From an uncultured Kiritimatiellota bacterium (GTDB taxonomy: Bacteria; Verrucomicrobiota; Kiritimatiellia; RFP12; DVOR01), in assembly GCA_944389545.1 (NCBI GenBank), contig CALXMT010000004.1, positions 8,201 through 72,200 of the forward strand: a stretch of DNA of 64,000 nucleotides. The letters run 5' to 3'. Below the pieces are notes generated by a model, which did not search any database, had not been told where the DNA came from, and saw nothing but the letters and a program-made list of their open reading frames with translations. The position numbers were made by a program, and so were the translations under genes. This document shows, piece after piece, positions 19,480 to 28,436 of this stretch (its first letter is position 1; each line of letters starts with the position of its first letter).

Positions 19480-19875
19480 ATGCCCGTCAACCGCCTGGAC
19501 CGCGTCAACGCACTCCTCCTGCGCGAAGTCGCCGACGATCTCTACCGCGTCCTTCAATCGGACCCGGAGATCGACATCGCCGGCGTCACCGTGACCAAGG
19601 TCGAGTGCGCCCCCAACCTCCGCACCGCCACCGTCTGGGTCTCCATCCGCGATGCCGACGAGCACCCGAAGTACCTCCGGCGCCTCTCCAAGCACGCCAA
19701 GGAGATTCAGGAGCTCATCAACCGCAACCTTACGCTCCGCTTCACCCCCCACCTCCGCTTCCGCCTGGACGTTGGCATCGCCAAGGGCGACCGTGTGCTC
19801 GACATCCTCAGCCACCTGCCCCCGCCCGCCGACGATTCCGCCGACGCCGACACCCCCGCGGAGCCCGCCCCGTGA
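19480..19875 (+). CDS. rbfA: Ribosome-binding factor A
   Basis: 'RVNALLLREVADDLYRVL...ITVTKVECAPNLRTATVWVS' is RbfA-like. It occupies the conserved position between infB and truB. Confidence 0.85.
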   Translation: MPVNRLDRVNALLLREVADDLYRVLQSDPEIDIAGVTVTKVECAPNLRTATVWVSIRDADEHPKYLRRLSKHAKEIQELINRNLTLRFTPHLRFRLDVGIAKGDRVLDILSHLPPPADDSADADTPAEPAP

Positions 19876-20609
19876 ACGACGTCTTCCCTGACCCCGATGG
19901 CATCCTCCCCGTGGACAAGCCCGCGGGCATGCCTTCGCACGTCATCGTGACGACCCTCCGCCGCAAGTTCGGCTTTGCCAAGGTCGGCCACGGCGGCACC
20001 CTTGACCCCGACGCCACCGGCCTCCTCCTCATCCTCTTGGGCAAGGGCACCAAGATTTCCGACCGCGTCATGGGCGGCGACAAGACCTATCGCGGCACCA
20101 TCCGCTTCGGCGTCGCCACCACCACCCAGGACCGCCTCGGCGACGTCCTCTCCGAGCACCCCACCGACGGCCTCACCCAGGCCGCCGTCGAGGACGCCAT
20201 CGCCCGCGACTTCCTCGGCGACCTCTTCCAGAAGCCGCCCATGTACTCCGCCGTCAAGATCGCCGGCCAGCCCCTCTACAAGATGGCCGTCCGCGGCGAG
20301 GAGTGCGAGCGCGAGGAACGCTTCGTCCACATCTATGCCTTCAAGATCACGGACTTCCGCCCCGCCGCCGAAAAGGCCGAGGCCGACTTCGAGGTTCGCT
20401 GCTCCAAAGGCACCTACGTCCGCACCCTCGCCAACGACCTCGGCGCGGCCCTCGGTTGCGGCGCCCACCTCTGCGCCCTCCGCCGCACCGCCTCCGGCAA
20501 GGTCACGCTCGACCGCGCCACCCCCTTCGCCGACCTCCTCGAGATGACCCGCCCGCAGATCGAGCGCCTCGTCATCCCCAGCTCCGACTATCTCTCCGGC
20601 AACTTCTGA
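19872..20609 (+). CDS. truB: tRNA pseudouridine(55) synthase
   Basis: 'GILPVDKPAGMPSHVIV', 'KVGHGGTLDPDATGLLLILLGKGTK' and 'PPMYSAVKIAGQPLY' match TruB. The GTG start overlaps the rbfA stop. Confidence 0.88.
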   Translation: MNDVFPDPDGILPVDKPAGMPSHVIVTTLRRKFGFAKVGHGGTLDPDATGLLLILLGKGTKISDRVMGGDKTYRGTIRFGVATTTQDRLGDVLSEHPTDGLTQAAVEDAIARDFLGDLFQKPPMYSAVKIAGQPLYKMAVRGEECEREERFVHIYAFKITDFRPAAEKAEADFEVRCSKGTYVRTLANDLGAALGCGAHLCALRRTASGKVTLDRATPFADLLEMTRPQIERLVIPSSDYLSGNF

Positions 20610-21514
20610 TGGAACCCGCCCCCGTCGAGACCTTGGACGCGCTTCCCTCCGGCGCCGTCGTCGCAGTCGGCACCTTCGATGGCGTCCACCTCGGCCACCG
20701 CGCCCTCCTGCGTGCCATGGCCGACTTTGCCGCCGCCGCAGGCCGCCCCGCCTGGGTCCTCACCTTCGCCGGCTCTCCCCTCTCCCTCCTTGACCCCGCG
20801 CACGCGCCCGGACTCTTGATGGACCGCGAGTCCATCCTCCGCCAGCTTCGCCTCGCCGTCCCCGACGCGCACGTTGTCGTCCAGCCCTTCGACGCCGCCT
20901 TTGCGGCCCTGCCCGCCGAGGACTTCGCCGCCGCCCTCCGCGGCGCGACCGTCTTCTGCGGCGAGGACTGGCGCTTCGGTGCCGGCGCCCAGGGCAACCC
21001 CGACTTCCTCCGCGCCCGCGGCTTCGATGTCCACGTCGTCCCCTACGCCCACTGGCGCGGCGAACGCGTCTCCTCCACCCGTATCCGCGGCGCCCTCGCC
21101 GCCGGCGCGCTCGACGAGGCCGCCGCCATGCTGGGCCGTCCCTGGGCCTTCACCGGCCGCGTCGTCCATGGCCGCGGCCTCGCCGGCCCCACCTTCGGCG
21201 TCCCCACCGCCAACCTCCCTTACGTCGGCCGCGCCGGCGAGCGCATGGCTCCCCTCGCACGCGGCGTCTACCGCGCCGAGGCCATCCTCCACGAAATCTC
21301 TTGGCCCGCCCTCGTCAACTTCGGTGTCGCCCCCAGTGTCAAAGGCGAACCCGAGCCGCTCTTCGAGGCCCACCTCCTCGGCGCCGAACTCGACCTCTAC
21401 GACGCCAACCTCACCCTCTCCTTCGACGCGCCCCTCATCCGTCCCGAGCGCAAGTTCCCCTCCCTCGACGCCCTCCACGCCCAAATCCACGCCGACCTCG
21501 AGGCCTGCCAATGA
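20609..21514 (+). CDS. ribF: Bifunctional riboflavin kinase / FMN adenylyltransferase
   Basis: 'VAVGTFDGVHLGHRALL' is the FAD-synthetase motif. 'GRVVHGRGLAGPTFGVPTANL' marks the kinase domain. The ATG overlaps the truB stop (TGATG). Confidence 0.85.
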   Translation: MEPAPVETLDALPSGAVVAVGTFDGVHLGHRALLRAMADFAAAAGRPAWVLTFAGSPLSLLDPAHAPGLLMDRESILRQLRLAVPDAHVVVQPFDAAFAALPAEDFAAALRGATVFCGEDWRFGAGAQGNPDFLRARGFDVHVVPYAHWRGERVSSTRIRGALAAGALDEAAAMLGRPWAFTGRVVHGRGLAGPTFGVPTANLPYVGRAGERMAPLARGVYRAEAILHEISWPALVNFGVAPSVKGEPEPLFEAHLLGAELDLYDANLTLSFDAPLIRPERKFPSLDALHAQIHADLEACQ

Positions 21515-21713
21515 GCCTCATCCTCCACGAAGACACAAAAGCGCGGGAATGGACGTGCGCTTCACCGGTCGCCCTTGTGGGTCTCCCTACCGCGCACGCC
21601 ATCCCAGCCCGATTGGGTGTTTTCGGGAACCGCCAGGCCGCGCAAGGGGCGGACGCGGTAGTGAGCGCAGCGAACGGTGAAGCATCCGAGCCCTTGCGCA
21701 CCTTCGTGTCTTC
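21515..21713. repeat. Short mosaic repeat array
   Basis: Contains the hairpin AAGCGC..GCGCTT and the 'cggtagtgag..gaacggtgaag..cccttgcg..ccttcgtgtcttcgtgga' module shared with 7420-7480. Confidence 0.75.
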
Positions 21714-21728
21714 GTGGAGCCACGCCGC

Positions 21729-22445
21729 ATGAATCGCGCCCTCTTGCTCTTCCTGCGCGGCCTCCGCGACGGCTCGCCCATCGGCGCGGGCTACTTCGCC
21801 GTCTCCTTTGCCTTCGGCATCCAGGCGCGCGAGGCCCTGCTCACCGTCTTCCAGACGGGCCTCCTCTCGGGCACCAATCTCACCAGCGCGGGCCAATTCG
21901 CCGGTCTCGGCGTGATTGAGGCCGGCGCCTCGCTCCTCACGATGGCCCTCACGCAACTGGTCATCAACCTCCGCTACTGCCTCATGTCCTGCGCCCTCTC
22001 GCAACGCCTGGCGCACAAGGCCCCCTTCTGGCACCGCTTCTTCATCGCCTGCGGCGTGACCGACGAGATCTTCGCCGTCAGCATTGCCTCGCCCGGCCCC
22101 ATCCGCCCGGCCTATTTCTACGGCCTCACCGCCGTCTCGTGGCCCGGCTGGGTCGGCGGCTCCGTCCTCGGCGCCCTCGCCGGCGACTTCCTTCCCGCCG
22201 ACGTCACCCACGCCCTCACCATGGCGCTTTACGCCATGTTCGTGGCCATCGTCGTCCCCGCCGCCAAGGCCGACCGACGCGTCCTGCTGGTCGCCCTGGC
22301 CGCCATCGTGCTCTCCACCGCGTGCGCCTTCGCCCCGTGGGTGAAGGCCCTGTCCGAAGGCATGCGCATCGTGTTGGTCACGTTGGTCGTCGCCGGCGCC
22401 GCCGCCACCTTCTTCCCCCTCCGGGAGGCCGCCGATGCACGCTGA
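21729..22445 (+). CDS. azlC: AzlC-family branched-chain amino-acid exporter subunit
   Basis: A polytopic protein with 'RDGSPIGAGYFAVSFAFGI' and 'LTSAGQFAGL'. It is followed by an overlapping azlD-like gene. Confidence 0.75.
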   Translation: MNRALLLFLRGLRDGSPIGAGYFAVSFAFGIQAREALLTVFQTGLLSGTNLTSAGQFAGLGVIEAGASLLTMALTQLVINLRYCLMSCALSQRLAHKAPFWHRFFIACGVTDEIFAVSIASPGPIRPAYFYGLTAVSWPGWVGGSVLGALAGDFLPADVTHALTMALYAMFVAIVVPAAKADRRVLLVALAAIVLSTACAFAPWVKALSEGMRIVLVTLVVAGAAATFFPLREAADAR

Positions 22446-22746
22446 GACCTCCATCTGGCTCTACATCGCCGTCATGGCCGGCGTCACCTACGCCATCCGC
22501 CTCCTCCCCCTCCTGATTCTGCGGCGCGAGATCCGCAACGTCTGGTTCCGCTCCTTCCTCCACTACGTCCCCTACGCCACGCTCACCGCCATGACCGTCC
22601 CCGCCGCGTTGATGGGCGACCTCCACCTCCTCTCCGGCCTCCTGGGCCTCGCCACCGCCGGACTCCTCTCCTATCTCGGCCGCAACCTTCTTCTCTCCGC
22701 CGCCGCGGCCTCCCTCGCCGTCTGGCTCGCCGAATCCCTCTTCTAG
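22435..22746 (+). CDS. azlD: AzlD-family small membrane protein
   Basis: 103 aa with 3-4 hydrophobic helices. It overlaps the azlC 3' end by 11 nt, the typical azlCD arrangement. Confidence 0.7.
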   Translation: MHAETSIWLYIAVMAGVTYAIRLLPLLILRREIRNVWFRSFLHYVPYATLTAMTVPAALMGDLHLLSGLLGLATAGLLSYLGRNLLLSAAAASLAVWLAESLF

Positions 22747-23640
22747 GGAAGCTTGGAAGTTTAGAGGCTTGGAGGCTTGGAGAGGCCTCACGTTGCGCGG
22801 CTATCACGAAAGGGGCGCTGACGCGCCCCGGAGAACGGAGCGTGCAGGCCCGGAGGGCCAAACCTTCCACGGCCACAGAACGCCCGACAAGCGGGCGACA
22901 GGCGAAATAGTTGTACAACGAGAAAGCCAAACTTCTAAACCTCTAAGCTTCCAAACTTCCACTTTCCCCTGCACCCTCGGCACGTCTGCGATGTGCCACA
23001 AGGACGGCGCAGTAGGACCAATAGGACATATAGGACCTATAGGACGGCGGCTGACGCCGCTTTGAACAACGGCTTCGCCTGTCGCCCCGCAGGGGCGCTC
23101 CTGTATCTCCTGCATCTCCTGCATCTCCTGAACACACCGTGCCCAGGCCGTGGGCGCGTCAGCGCCCCTTCCCCAAAGCATGGCGTGCGAAGCCCGCCAT
23201 GCCCCTACAGGCCCTTCGGGCCGGACGTGCGCCTTTAGTGGAAGTTTGGAAGTTTAGAGGTTTGGAGGCTTGGCTTTTTCAGCGGCTTCACCCGTCGCGC
23301 GCTTGCCGCGCGCTCTGTTCTCCGTTCTCCGTTCTCTGTTCTCCGGGGCGCTCCAGCGTCCCTTGGTCCTTCGTGTCCTTTGTGATTTAAAAACACACTG
23401 GCAGTCAGCGTGCGCTAGCACGCCCTTAATCTGCAACAAATCTGCGCAATCTGCGGTTCCCCACACTGGCAGTCCTTCTTCGTGTACCTTCGTGGTTCTT
23501 CGTGGTCCTTCGTGTCAGCCCCGCAGGGCAAACCTTCCACTTTCTCCCAGCGGCTCCACCCGTCGCGCGCTTGCCGCGCGCTCTCTGTTCTCTGTTCTCC
23601 GTTCTCTGTTCTCCGGGGCGGCTTTGCCGCCCCTCGCCCC
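22747..23640. repeat. Mosaic intergenic repeat array between convergent azlD and rpoD
   Basis: Contains GGAAGYTT/GGAGGCTT octamers, the GGGGCGC-TGAC-GCGCCCC hairpin, TAGGACNNA 9-mers, a truncated 85-nt element (23173-23236), GAGAACR heptamers, AATCTGC tandems and CTTCGTG tandems. Confidence 0.9.
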
Positions 23641-25737
23641 TCACCGTTCGTCGAGGAAGCCGCGGAGTTTCTTGGTGCGCGAAGGGTGGCGGAGCTTGCG
23701 CAGGGCTTTGGCCTCGATTTGGCGGATGCGCTCGCGCGTGACCTTGAACGCCCTGCCGACCTCTTCGAGGGTGAGCGCGACCCCGTCCGTGAGACCGTAA
23801 CGCATGTCGATCACCTCGCGTTCGCGCTGGTTGAGGGAGTAGAGCACCTCGCGCAGACGCTCTCTGCGGAGGGCGAAGGCGGCGGCGTCTTCGGGGCGCT
23901 CGATGCTTTTGTCCTCGATGAAGTCGCCGAAGTGGGCGTCTTCGCCGTCGCCGACGGGGCTTTGCAGGGAGATGGTCTGCTGGGCCATGCGATAGACGTG
24001 GCGGACGTAGTCGACGGTCTCGTTCATCTCCTCGGCGATCTCCTCGGGGGTGGGCTCACGACCGAGCTCCTGGAGCAGCTTTTTCTGCACCCGCAGGTGT
24101 TTGTTGATGACCTCGGTCATGTGCACGGGGATGCGGATGGTGCGGGACTGGTCGGCGATGGCGCGGGTGGCCGCCTGGCGGATCCACCAGGTGGCGTAGG
24201 TGGAGAACTTGTAGCCGCGCTTGTAGTCGAACTTCTCGACGGCCTTCATGAGCCCGGTGTTGCCCTCTTGGATGAGGTCGAGGAGGCTGAGGCCGTGGTT
24301 CATGAACTGTTTGACGATGGAGACGACGAGGCGGAGGTTCGCCTCGATCATCTCCTTGCGGGCCTGGCCGAGCAAGTAAAGCGCCTGGCGAATCGCCTGG
24401 AATTTCTCCATGAAGAGGTCGGCCGGCATGCCGAGGGCCTGTTCGGCCTCGCCGCGGGCGGCTTCGGCCTTGGCGACACGCTGGGCCTTGGTCTTGCTCT
24501 TGCCGGCCTTCTTGGCCCGCTTGAGGGCATCGACGGCTCGGGTGTAGGGCTTGTAGCAACGCTCTTCGGCGTAGCCGCAGATGGTCTCCAGCATCGTCTG
24601 CTTGAAGTTGAGCGAGACGTATTTGTCGCGCAGTTCTTGGCACAGGGCCTCGATTTGCCGGTCGGCCTCGCCCAGGGCGGCGGTGTCCGCGGGATTGAGT
24701 CGGGCGCGGGCCATGTAGGCCTCGGCCATCCGGTCGCCCAGACGGTCGAGCGCCTCCTGCTCCGGATGCATGGCCGCAACGTAGTCGTCGCGGAGCTTGT
24801 CGGCCTTGTCGACCACGCGGTCGAAACGCTCACGGGTGGCTTCCAAGCCTCTCAGGACTTCGGCGTAGAGGTGCGCGGCCACGGGCAACTGGTTGAAGAC
24901 CGTGATGATGACGTTTTCGCTGGCCTCGATGCGCTGGCAGATGCGCACCTCGTCTTCGCGCTCCAACAGGGGCACTCGCCCCATCTGGTGCAGGTACATG
25001 CGGATGGGTTCGTTGACGTAGTCCGCGCGCCCGGCGGTGGAGGCTTCGTCGCGCTCCTCCATCGCGTCCTCGAAATCTTCCTCCGACACCACCTTCACGT
25101 TCATCGCGCCCAACAGGTTGAAGTAGCGCTCGATGTCCGTGTCTTTGATGACCTCCTGCGGAAGGTACTCGTTCACCTGCTTGATGGAGAGCACGCCGCT
25201 CTGTTTCTCGGAGAGGGCGACCAACTGGCGCAGACGCTCGCGGCACTCCTCACGCTCCTCGAGCGCCTCCAAATCCTCCAGGGCGCGCGCCTTTTGGGCC
25301 TCCTCCTCGGATTCATTGAAGACCGCGCGCAGGTCGGAGCCCTCGCGCAGACCGCCGAGGGCGTCGTCGCCGTCGTCCGGCGCCTCCTCTTCGTCATCGA
25401 AGACCGTCTCCTGGGTGCGAGAGCCCTTCAGCACGCCCGCATGCCGGGCACGGTCGTAGAGCACGCCGCCCACGTTTTCCGCGTTGGCGTACTCATTCTT
25501 CAGGAGCTCCTTCTCGATGTCCTCCATCAAGTTGGCGACGGCTTCCTCCCCCTCTTCATTGGCCTTGGCGATTTCGGCTTTGCTCTTGCGACCACGTTTT
25601 TTCTTGGGCTTGGCGGCATTGTTCAGACCGTCCGCCGCCAGAGCCTCGGCCTCCGCCAAGGTCATGGGGCCATCTTCTTCGATGGCTTGGCGCGTGGAGG
25701 GGATGGATTCGCTTCGCTTCGTGGTCTTCGTAGCCAT
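23641..25737 (-). CDS. rpoD: Primary RNA polymerase sigma factor (sigma-70)
   Basis: Region 2 is '[58 protein letters not shown]'. Region 4 is '[31 protein letters not shown]'. The N-terminus is long and acidic. The start is taken at 'MATKTTKRS'. Confidence 0.92.
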   Translation of the reverse strand: MATKTTKRSESIPSTRQAIEEDGPMTLAEAEALAADGLNNAAKPKKKRGRKSKAEIAKANEEGEEAVANLMEDIEKELLKNEYANAENVGGVLYDRARHAGVLKGSRTQETVFDDEEEAPDDGDDALGGLREGSDLRAVFNESEEEAQKARALEDLEALEEREECRERLRQLVALSEKQSGVLSIKQVNEYLPQEVIKDTDIERYFNLLGAMNVKVVSEEDFEDAMEERDEASTAGRADYVNEPIRMYLHQMGRVPLLEREDEVRICQRIEASENVIITVFNQLPVAAHLYAEVLRGLEATRERFDRVVDKADKLRDDYVAAMHPEQEALDRLGDRMAEAYMARARLNPADTAALGEADRQIEALCQELRDKYVSLNFKQTMLETICGYAEERCYKPYTRAVDALKRAKKAGKSKTKAQRVAKAEAARGEAEQALGMPADLFMEKFQAIRQALYLLGQARKEMIEANLRLVVSIVKQFMNHGLSLLDLIQEGNTGLMKAVEKFDYKRGYKFSTYATWWIRQAATRAIADQSRTIRIPVHMTEVINKHLRVQKKLLQELGREPTPEEIAEEMNETVDYVRHVYRMAQQTISLQSPVGDGEDAHFGDFIEDKSIERPEDAAAFALRRERLREVLYSLNQREREVIDMRYGLTDGVALTLEEVGRAFKVTRERIRQIEAKALRKLRHPSRTKKLRGFLDER

Positions 25738-25871
25738 AGGTTGACAGGCGCTCCTTTGGGTTCCGGGTGGTGTCATCACAGAAAATGACAAAGCGCCCAT
25801 AATTATATACCCATTGTCTCACTTTCTCTCTCTTTTCTTAAAAATTATCGATGCTCCCGAGAAAAATATGA

Positions 25872-25978
25872 ACCGCAAAGACGGTCTTGCGTGGAAACCC
25901 GGCAGGCTCCATCGCTCCCGTTGGTCGCGCCGCCCTAGGGATTTCCACGCTATCGCGCCCCTGAAGGGGCGCTCAAAG
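25872..25978 (+). repeat. Left copy of the 107-bp direct repeat bracketing the methyltransferase/helicase island
   Basis: Aligns base-for-base with 31753-31859, with 5 mismatches by eye. It contains GCGTGGAAA...TTTCCACGC and GCGCCCC-TGAA-GGGGCGC inverted repeats. Confidence 0.9.
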
Positions 25979-26238
25979 AAGTCCGATACACACTCCTACA
26001 TTCAATTGTTAAAGATCAATCGCGGTGTAATGCTTAGTACCACGCCTCCTTGCCAAAGGCCTGTCATTTGCCCTCCCTCTAAATCCCCACAACTTCTTCA
26101 TTCCCATACCTATTCGCCATCTCCAAAATCTGTCACTGGCAGAGGGCGTTCCCTTCTGCCCATCGTCCGTCTTTGCGGTCCCCATTTCCACGGATACTCC
26201 TGTGGCATTGCTGGGGGAGGGAGTTGGCGGGGGAGTTT

Positions 26239-26247
26239 TGCTATACT
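26239..26247 (+). promoter_or_regulatory. Candidate extended -10 (TGCTATACT) for the island operon
   Basis: This is the same 9-mer as upstream of gpmI. It lies about 200 nt upstream of the methyltransferase ATG. Confidence 0.4.
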
Positions 26248-26301
26248 ATGGGCACGCCACGGGTGAGCCGTGGTACCACTTACGCTTAGCGTAACAAAGT
26301 T

Positions 26302-26424
26302 GCTTCTATAGAAACCTGAGAAACTTCTTGTGAGTAAGCAACGTGTTAGGCGAAGCGTGCCGTTATTGGCACGCTTCCCTTTTGCGTGTTTACTCACGGG
26401 CTTTCTCAGGGCCTCTATAGAAGC
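26302..26424 (+). other. Nested ~120-nt palindrome, either a structured leader RNA or a DNA cruciform
   Basis: Outer arms: GCTTCTATAGAAACCTGAGAAA pairing with TTTCTCAGGGCCTCTATAGAAGC. Middle arms: GTGAGTAA pairing with TTACTCAC. Inner arms: GAAGCGTGCC-GTTATT-GGCACGCTTC. Confidence 0.8.
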
Positions 26425-26447
26425 ACGCAAAGGGAGCGTGCTTTTTT
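26423..26447 (+). terminator. Terminator-like hairpin abutting the methyltransferase start codon
   Basis: Stem GCACGC, loop AAAGGGA, stem GCGTGC, then TTTTTT, then the ATG at 26448. The only Shine-Dalgarno-like sequence (AGGGAG) sits in the loop. Confidence 0.55.
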
Positions 26448-28436
26448 ATGTCCAATGCGGACGAACGAGAAGAAATAGTCCAAGAGAGGCCGGTCCTCTG
26501 CGACCCGATTCGGGAACTGCAGGAGGCCGCGCCGCAGGTGTTGTCGATTCTGCTGAAGGATCGCACGGAGAATCGTAATATTCTCTTTGCCACCGATGCC
26601 TATGCCGAGAAGCCGGGGTGCGGCCCGCAGGATTCGATGAAGGTGGAGCATTTCCGTGGGGGCAACGCGCTCTCCATTCGCCCTCGTGCGGCCAAAAGCG
26701 CCCTCGAGCAACGCGAGCGCACGCGGCAGATGGCGGAGGTGTTCACGCCCACCTGGCTCTGCAACGTCATGAACAACGTGTTGGACGAAGTGTGGTTCGG
26801 CCAGTCGGAGGTCTTCACGGTCATCGAAAGGGCGCAGACGTGGTCGGCCACGGAGCAGGTCTCCTTTGAGCCGGCGGAACGGTGGCGGGACTATGTGGCC
26901 TCGCGACGGATGGAAATCACCTGCGGCGAGGCGCCCTTCCTCGCATCGCGTTACGACACCACCACGGGCGAACCCATCCTGCCCCTCAAGCGGCGCATTG
27001 GCCTGCTGGACCGCAAGCTCCGCGTGGTGGATGAAAACGCCGCCACGCAGGAGGAATGGGCCGAGTCGGTGCGCCTGGCCTTCCGGAGCATCTATGGCTA
27101 TGAGTTCCAAGGCGACAGCCTCCTCCTCGCGCGCGTAAACCTCTTTATGACCTTTTGGGACCACCATCTGGCGCGCTGGGGCGAACCGCCATCCGAACCC
27201 TTTTCCAAGGAAATCGCCGAGACCATCAGTTGGAACCTCTGGCAAATGGATGGCTTCACCAACCGCCCGCCCTTCACCACCGAACTGGAAGCGCAAGACG
27301 ACCTCTTCGCCGCCCCTGACCCAAACGCTTCTGATCCCTGCCGTATTCGTATCGGCACCAATCCCATTTCTGTGAACAACCTGCAAGGAGACAAGACCAT
27401 GAAGTTCGATTTCATCATCGGCAACCCGCCCTACCAAGTCGAAGGAGAAGGGAAGGGCCGAAACTTTGCCGCCCCCATGTATCACTATTTTATGGACGCG
27501 GCTTATGCACTCTCGGATAAGGTGTTGCTCATCCATCCCGCCCGCTTCCTTTTTGACAATGGGGAGACGCCTGCTGCGTGGAACAAGAAGATGCTTGCCG
27601 ACAAACATTTCAAGGTGGTTGATTACAGTCGTGCAGCCTCTACCTTTTTCCCCGGTAAAATTGTAATCAAAGGTGGCGTTGCCATCACCTATCGTGATGC
27701 CACCAAAGATTTTGGCGCCATTGGGATGTTTATGACTGATGACGAACTGAGGTCTATTAAGCAGAAAGTGTGCGACCATCCCTCGTTTGAAAGCATTATC
27801 AGTATTGTTTTCACGGCTTATGCCTACCATTTCACGGAGGCGTTGTATGTCGACCATCCGGAATTGAAGGGACGCATGAGTAAGGGGCACGACTATGACC
27901 TTAAATCAAACGTGCTGACCCGTTTGCCGGAAATCTTCTTCTCGGAAAAGCCGGAGGATGGGGAGGAATATATTCAAGTTTACGGCAAGAGTGGAAAGGC
28001 GCGCGTGCTTTGTTGGGTTCGTAAAGTGTACGTGAACGAACCGGACAATCTCGCTTTTTGGAAAGTTTTCCTTCCTGGGGCGAATGGTGGTACAAGCTTT
28101 GGTGAAAGACTTGCGGACCCGACCGTCTTTGGACCGTTTGTCGGCGCAACGGAAACTTTTGCGAGCGTTGGTCGATTCAAGACTCAAGCAGAAGCTGAGG
28201 CTTGTCTGAAATACGTCAAGACGAAGTTTGTCCGTGCGATGCGCGATATTCTTAAGGTCACGCAGAACGGTGCTCGAGATGTTTGGGCCTTGGTTCCCCT
28301 GCAGGATTTCACGGAGAAGTCGGATATTGATTGGAGCAAGAGTGTGGCGGAGATTGACCGTCAGCTGTATGTGAAGTATGGCCTGGCGGCGGAAGAGGTG
28401 AAGTTCATTGAGAGCAAAGTGAAGGAGATGCTGTGA
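26448..28436 (+). CDS. N6-adenine DNA methyltransferase (gamma-class, Eco57I-like)
   Basis: 662 aa. Motifs: 'AEVFTPTWLCNVMNN', 'EITCGEAPFLASRYD' (SAM-binding-like) and 'FDFIIGNPPYQ' (catalytic NPPY). A long C-terminal region is a plausible target-recognition domain. Confidence 0.85.
   Translation: MSNADEREEIVQERPVLCDPIRELQEAAPQVLSILLKDRTENRNILFATDAYAEKPGCGPQDSMKVEHFRGGNALSIRPRAAKSALEQRERTRQMAEVFTPTWLCNVMNNVLDEVWFGQSEVFTVIERAQTWSATEQVSFEPAERWRDYVASRRMEITCGEAPFLASRYDTTTGEPILPLKRRIGLLDRKLRVVDENAATQEEWAESVRLAFRSIYGYEFQGDSLLLARVNLFMTFWDHHLARWGEPPSEPFSKEIAETISWNLWQMDGFTNRPPFTTELEAQDDLFAAPDPNASDPCRIRIGTNPISVNNLQGDKTMKFDFIIGNPPYQVEGEGKGRNFAAPMYHYFMDAAYALSDKVLLIHPARFLFDNGETPAAWNKKMLADKHFKVVDYSRAASTFFPGKIVIKGGVAITYRDATKDFGAIGMFMTDDELRSIKQKVCDHPSFESIISIVFTAYAYHFTEALYVDHPELKGRMSKGHDYDLKSNVLTRLPEIFFSEKPEDGEEYIQVYGKSGKARVLCWVRKVYVNEPDNLAFWKVFLPGANGGTSFGERLADPTVFGPFVGATETFASVGRFKTQAEAEACLKYVKTKFVRAMRDILKVTQNGARDVWALVPLQDFTEKSDIDWSKSVAEIDRQLYVKYGLAAEEVKFIESKVKEML

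Noticed and set aside
16075-19815. A 1246-aa minus-strand ORF antisense to nusA, infB and rbfA. There are similar long antisense ORFs at 484..1587, 7533..9113, 9253..10344, 23482..25788, 45659..48865 and 51680..54001.
   Set aside because: The opposite strand carries unmistakable housekeeping genes. The antisense translations are low-complexity.
26302-26424. Whether the nested palindrome is a retron msr/msd or part of a toxin-antitoxin RNA
   Set aside because: There is no reverse transcriptase or small toxin ORF in the island, and only structural evidence is available. I kept it as an unexplained structured leader.
26415-27890. A 491-aa minus ORF here, and a 916-aa minus ORF at 28895..31645, inside the methyltransferase/helicase island
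   Set aside because: They are antisense to ORFs with clear NPPY and DEAH motifs. Their composition is Arg/Leu/His-rich with no motifs.
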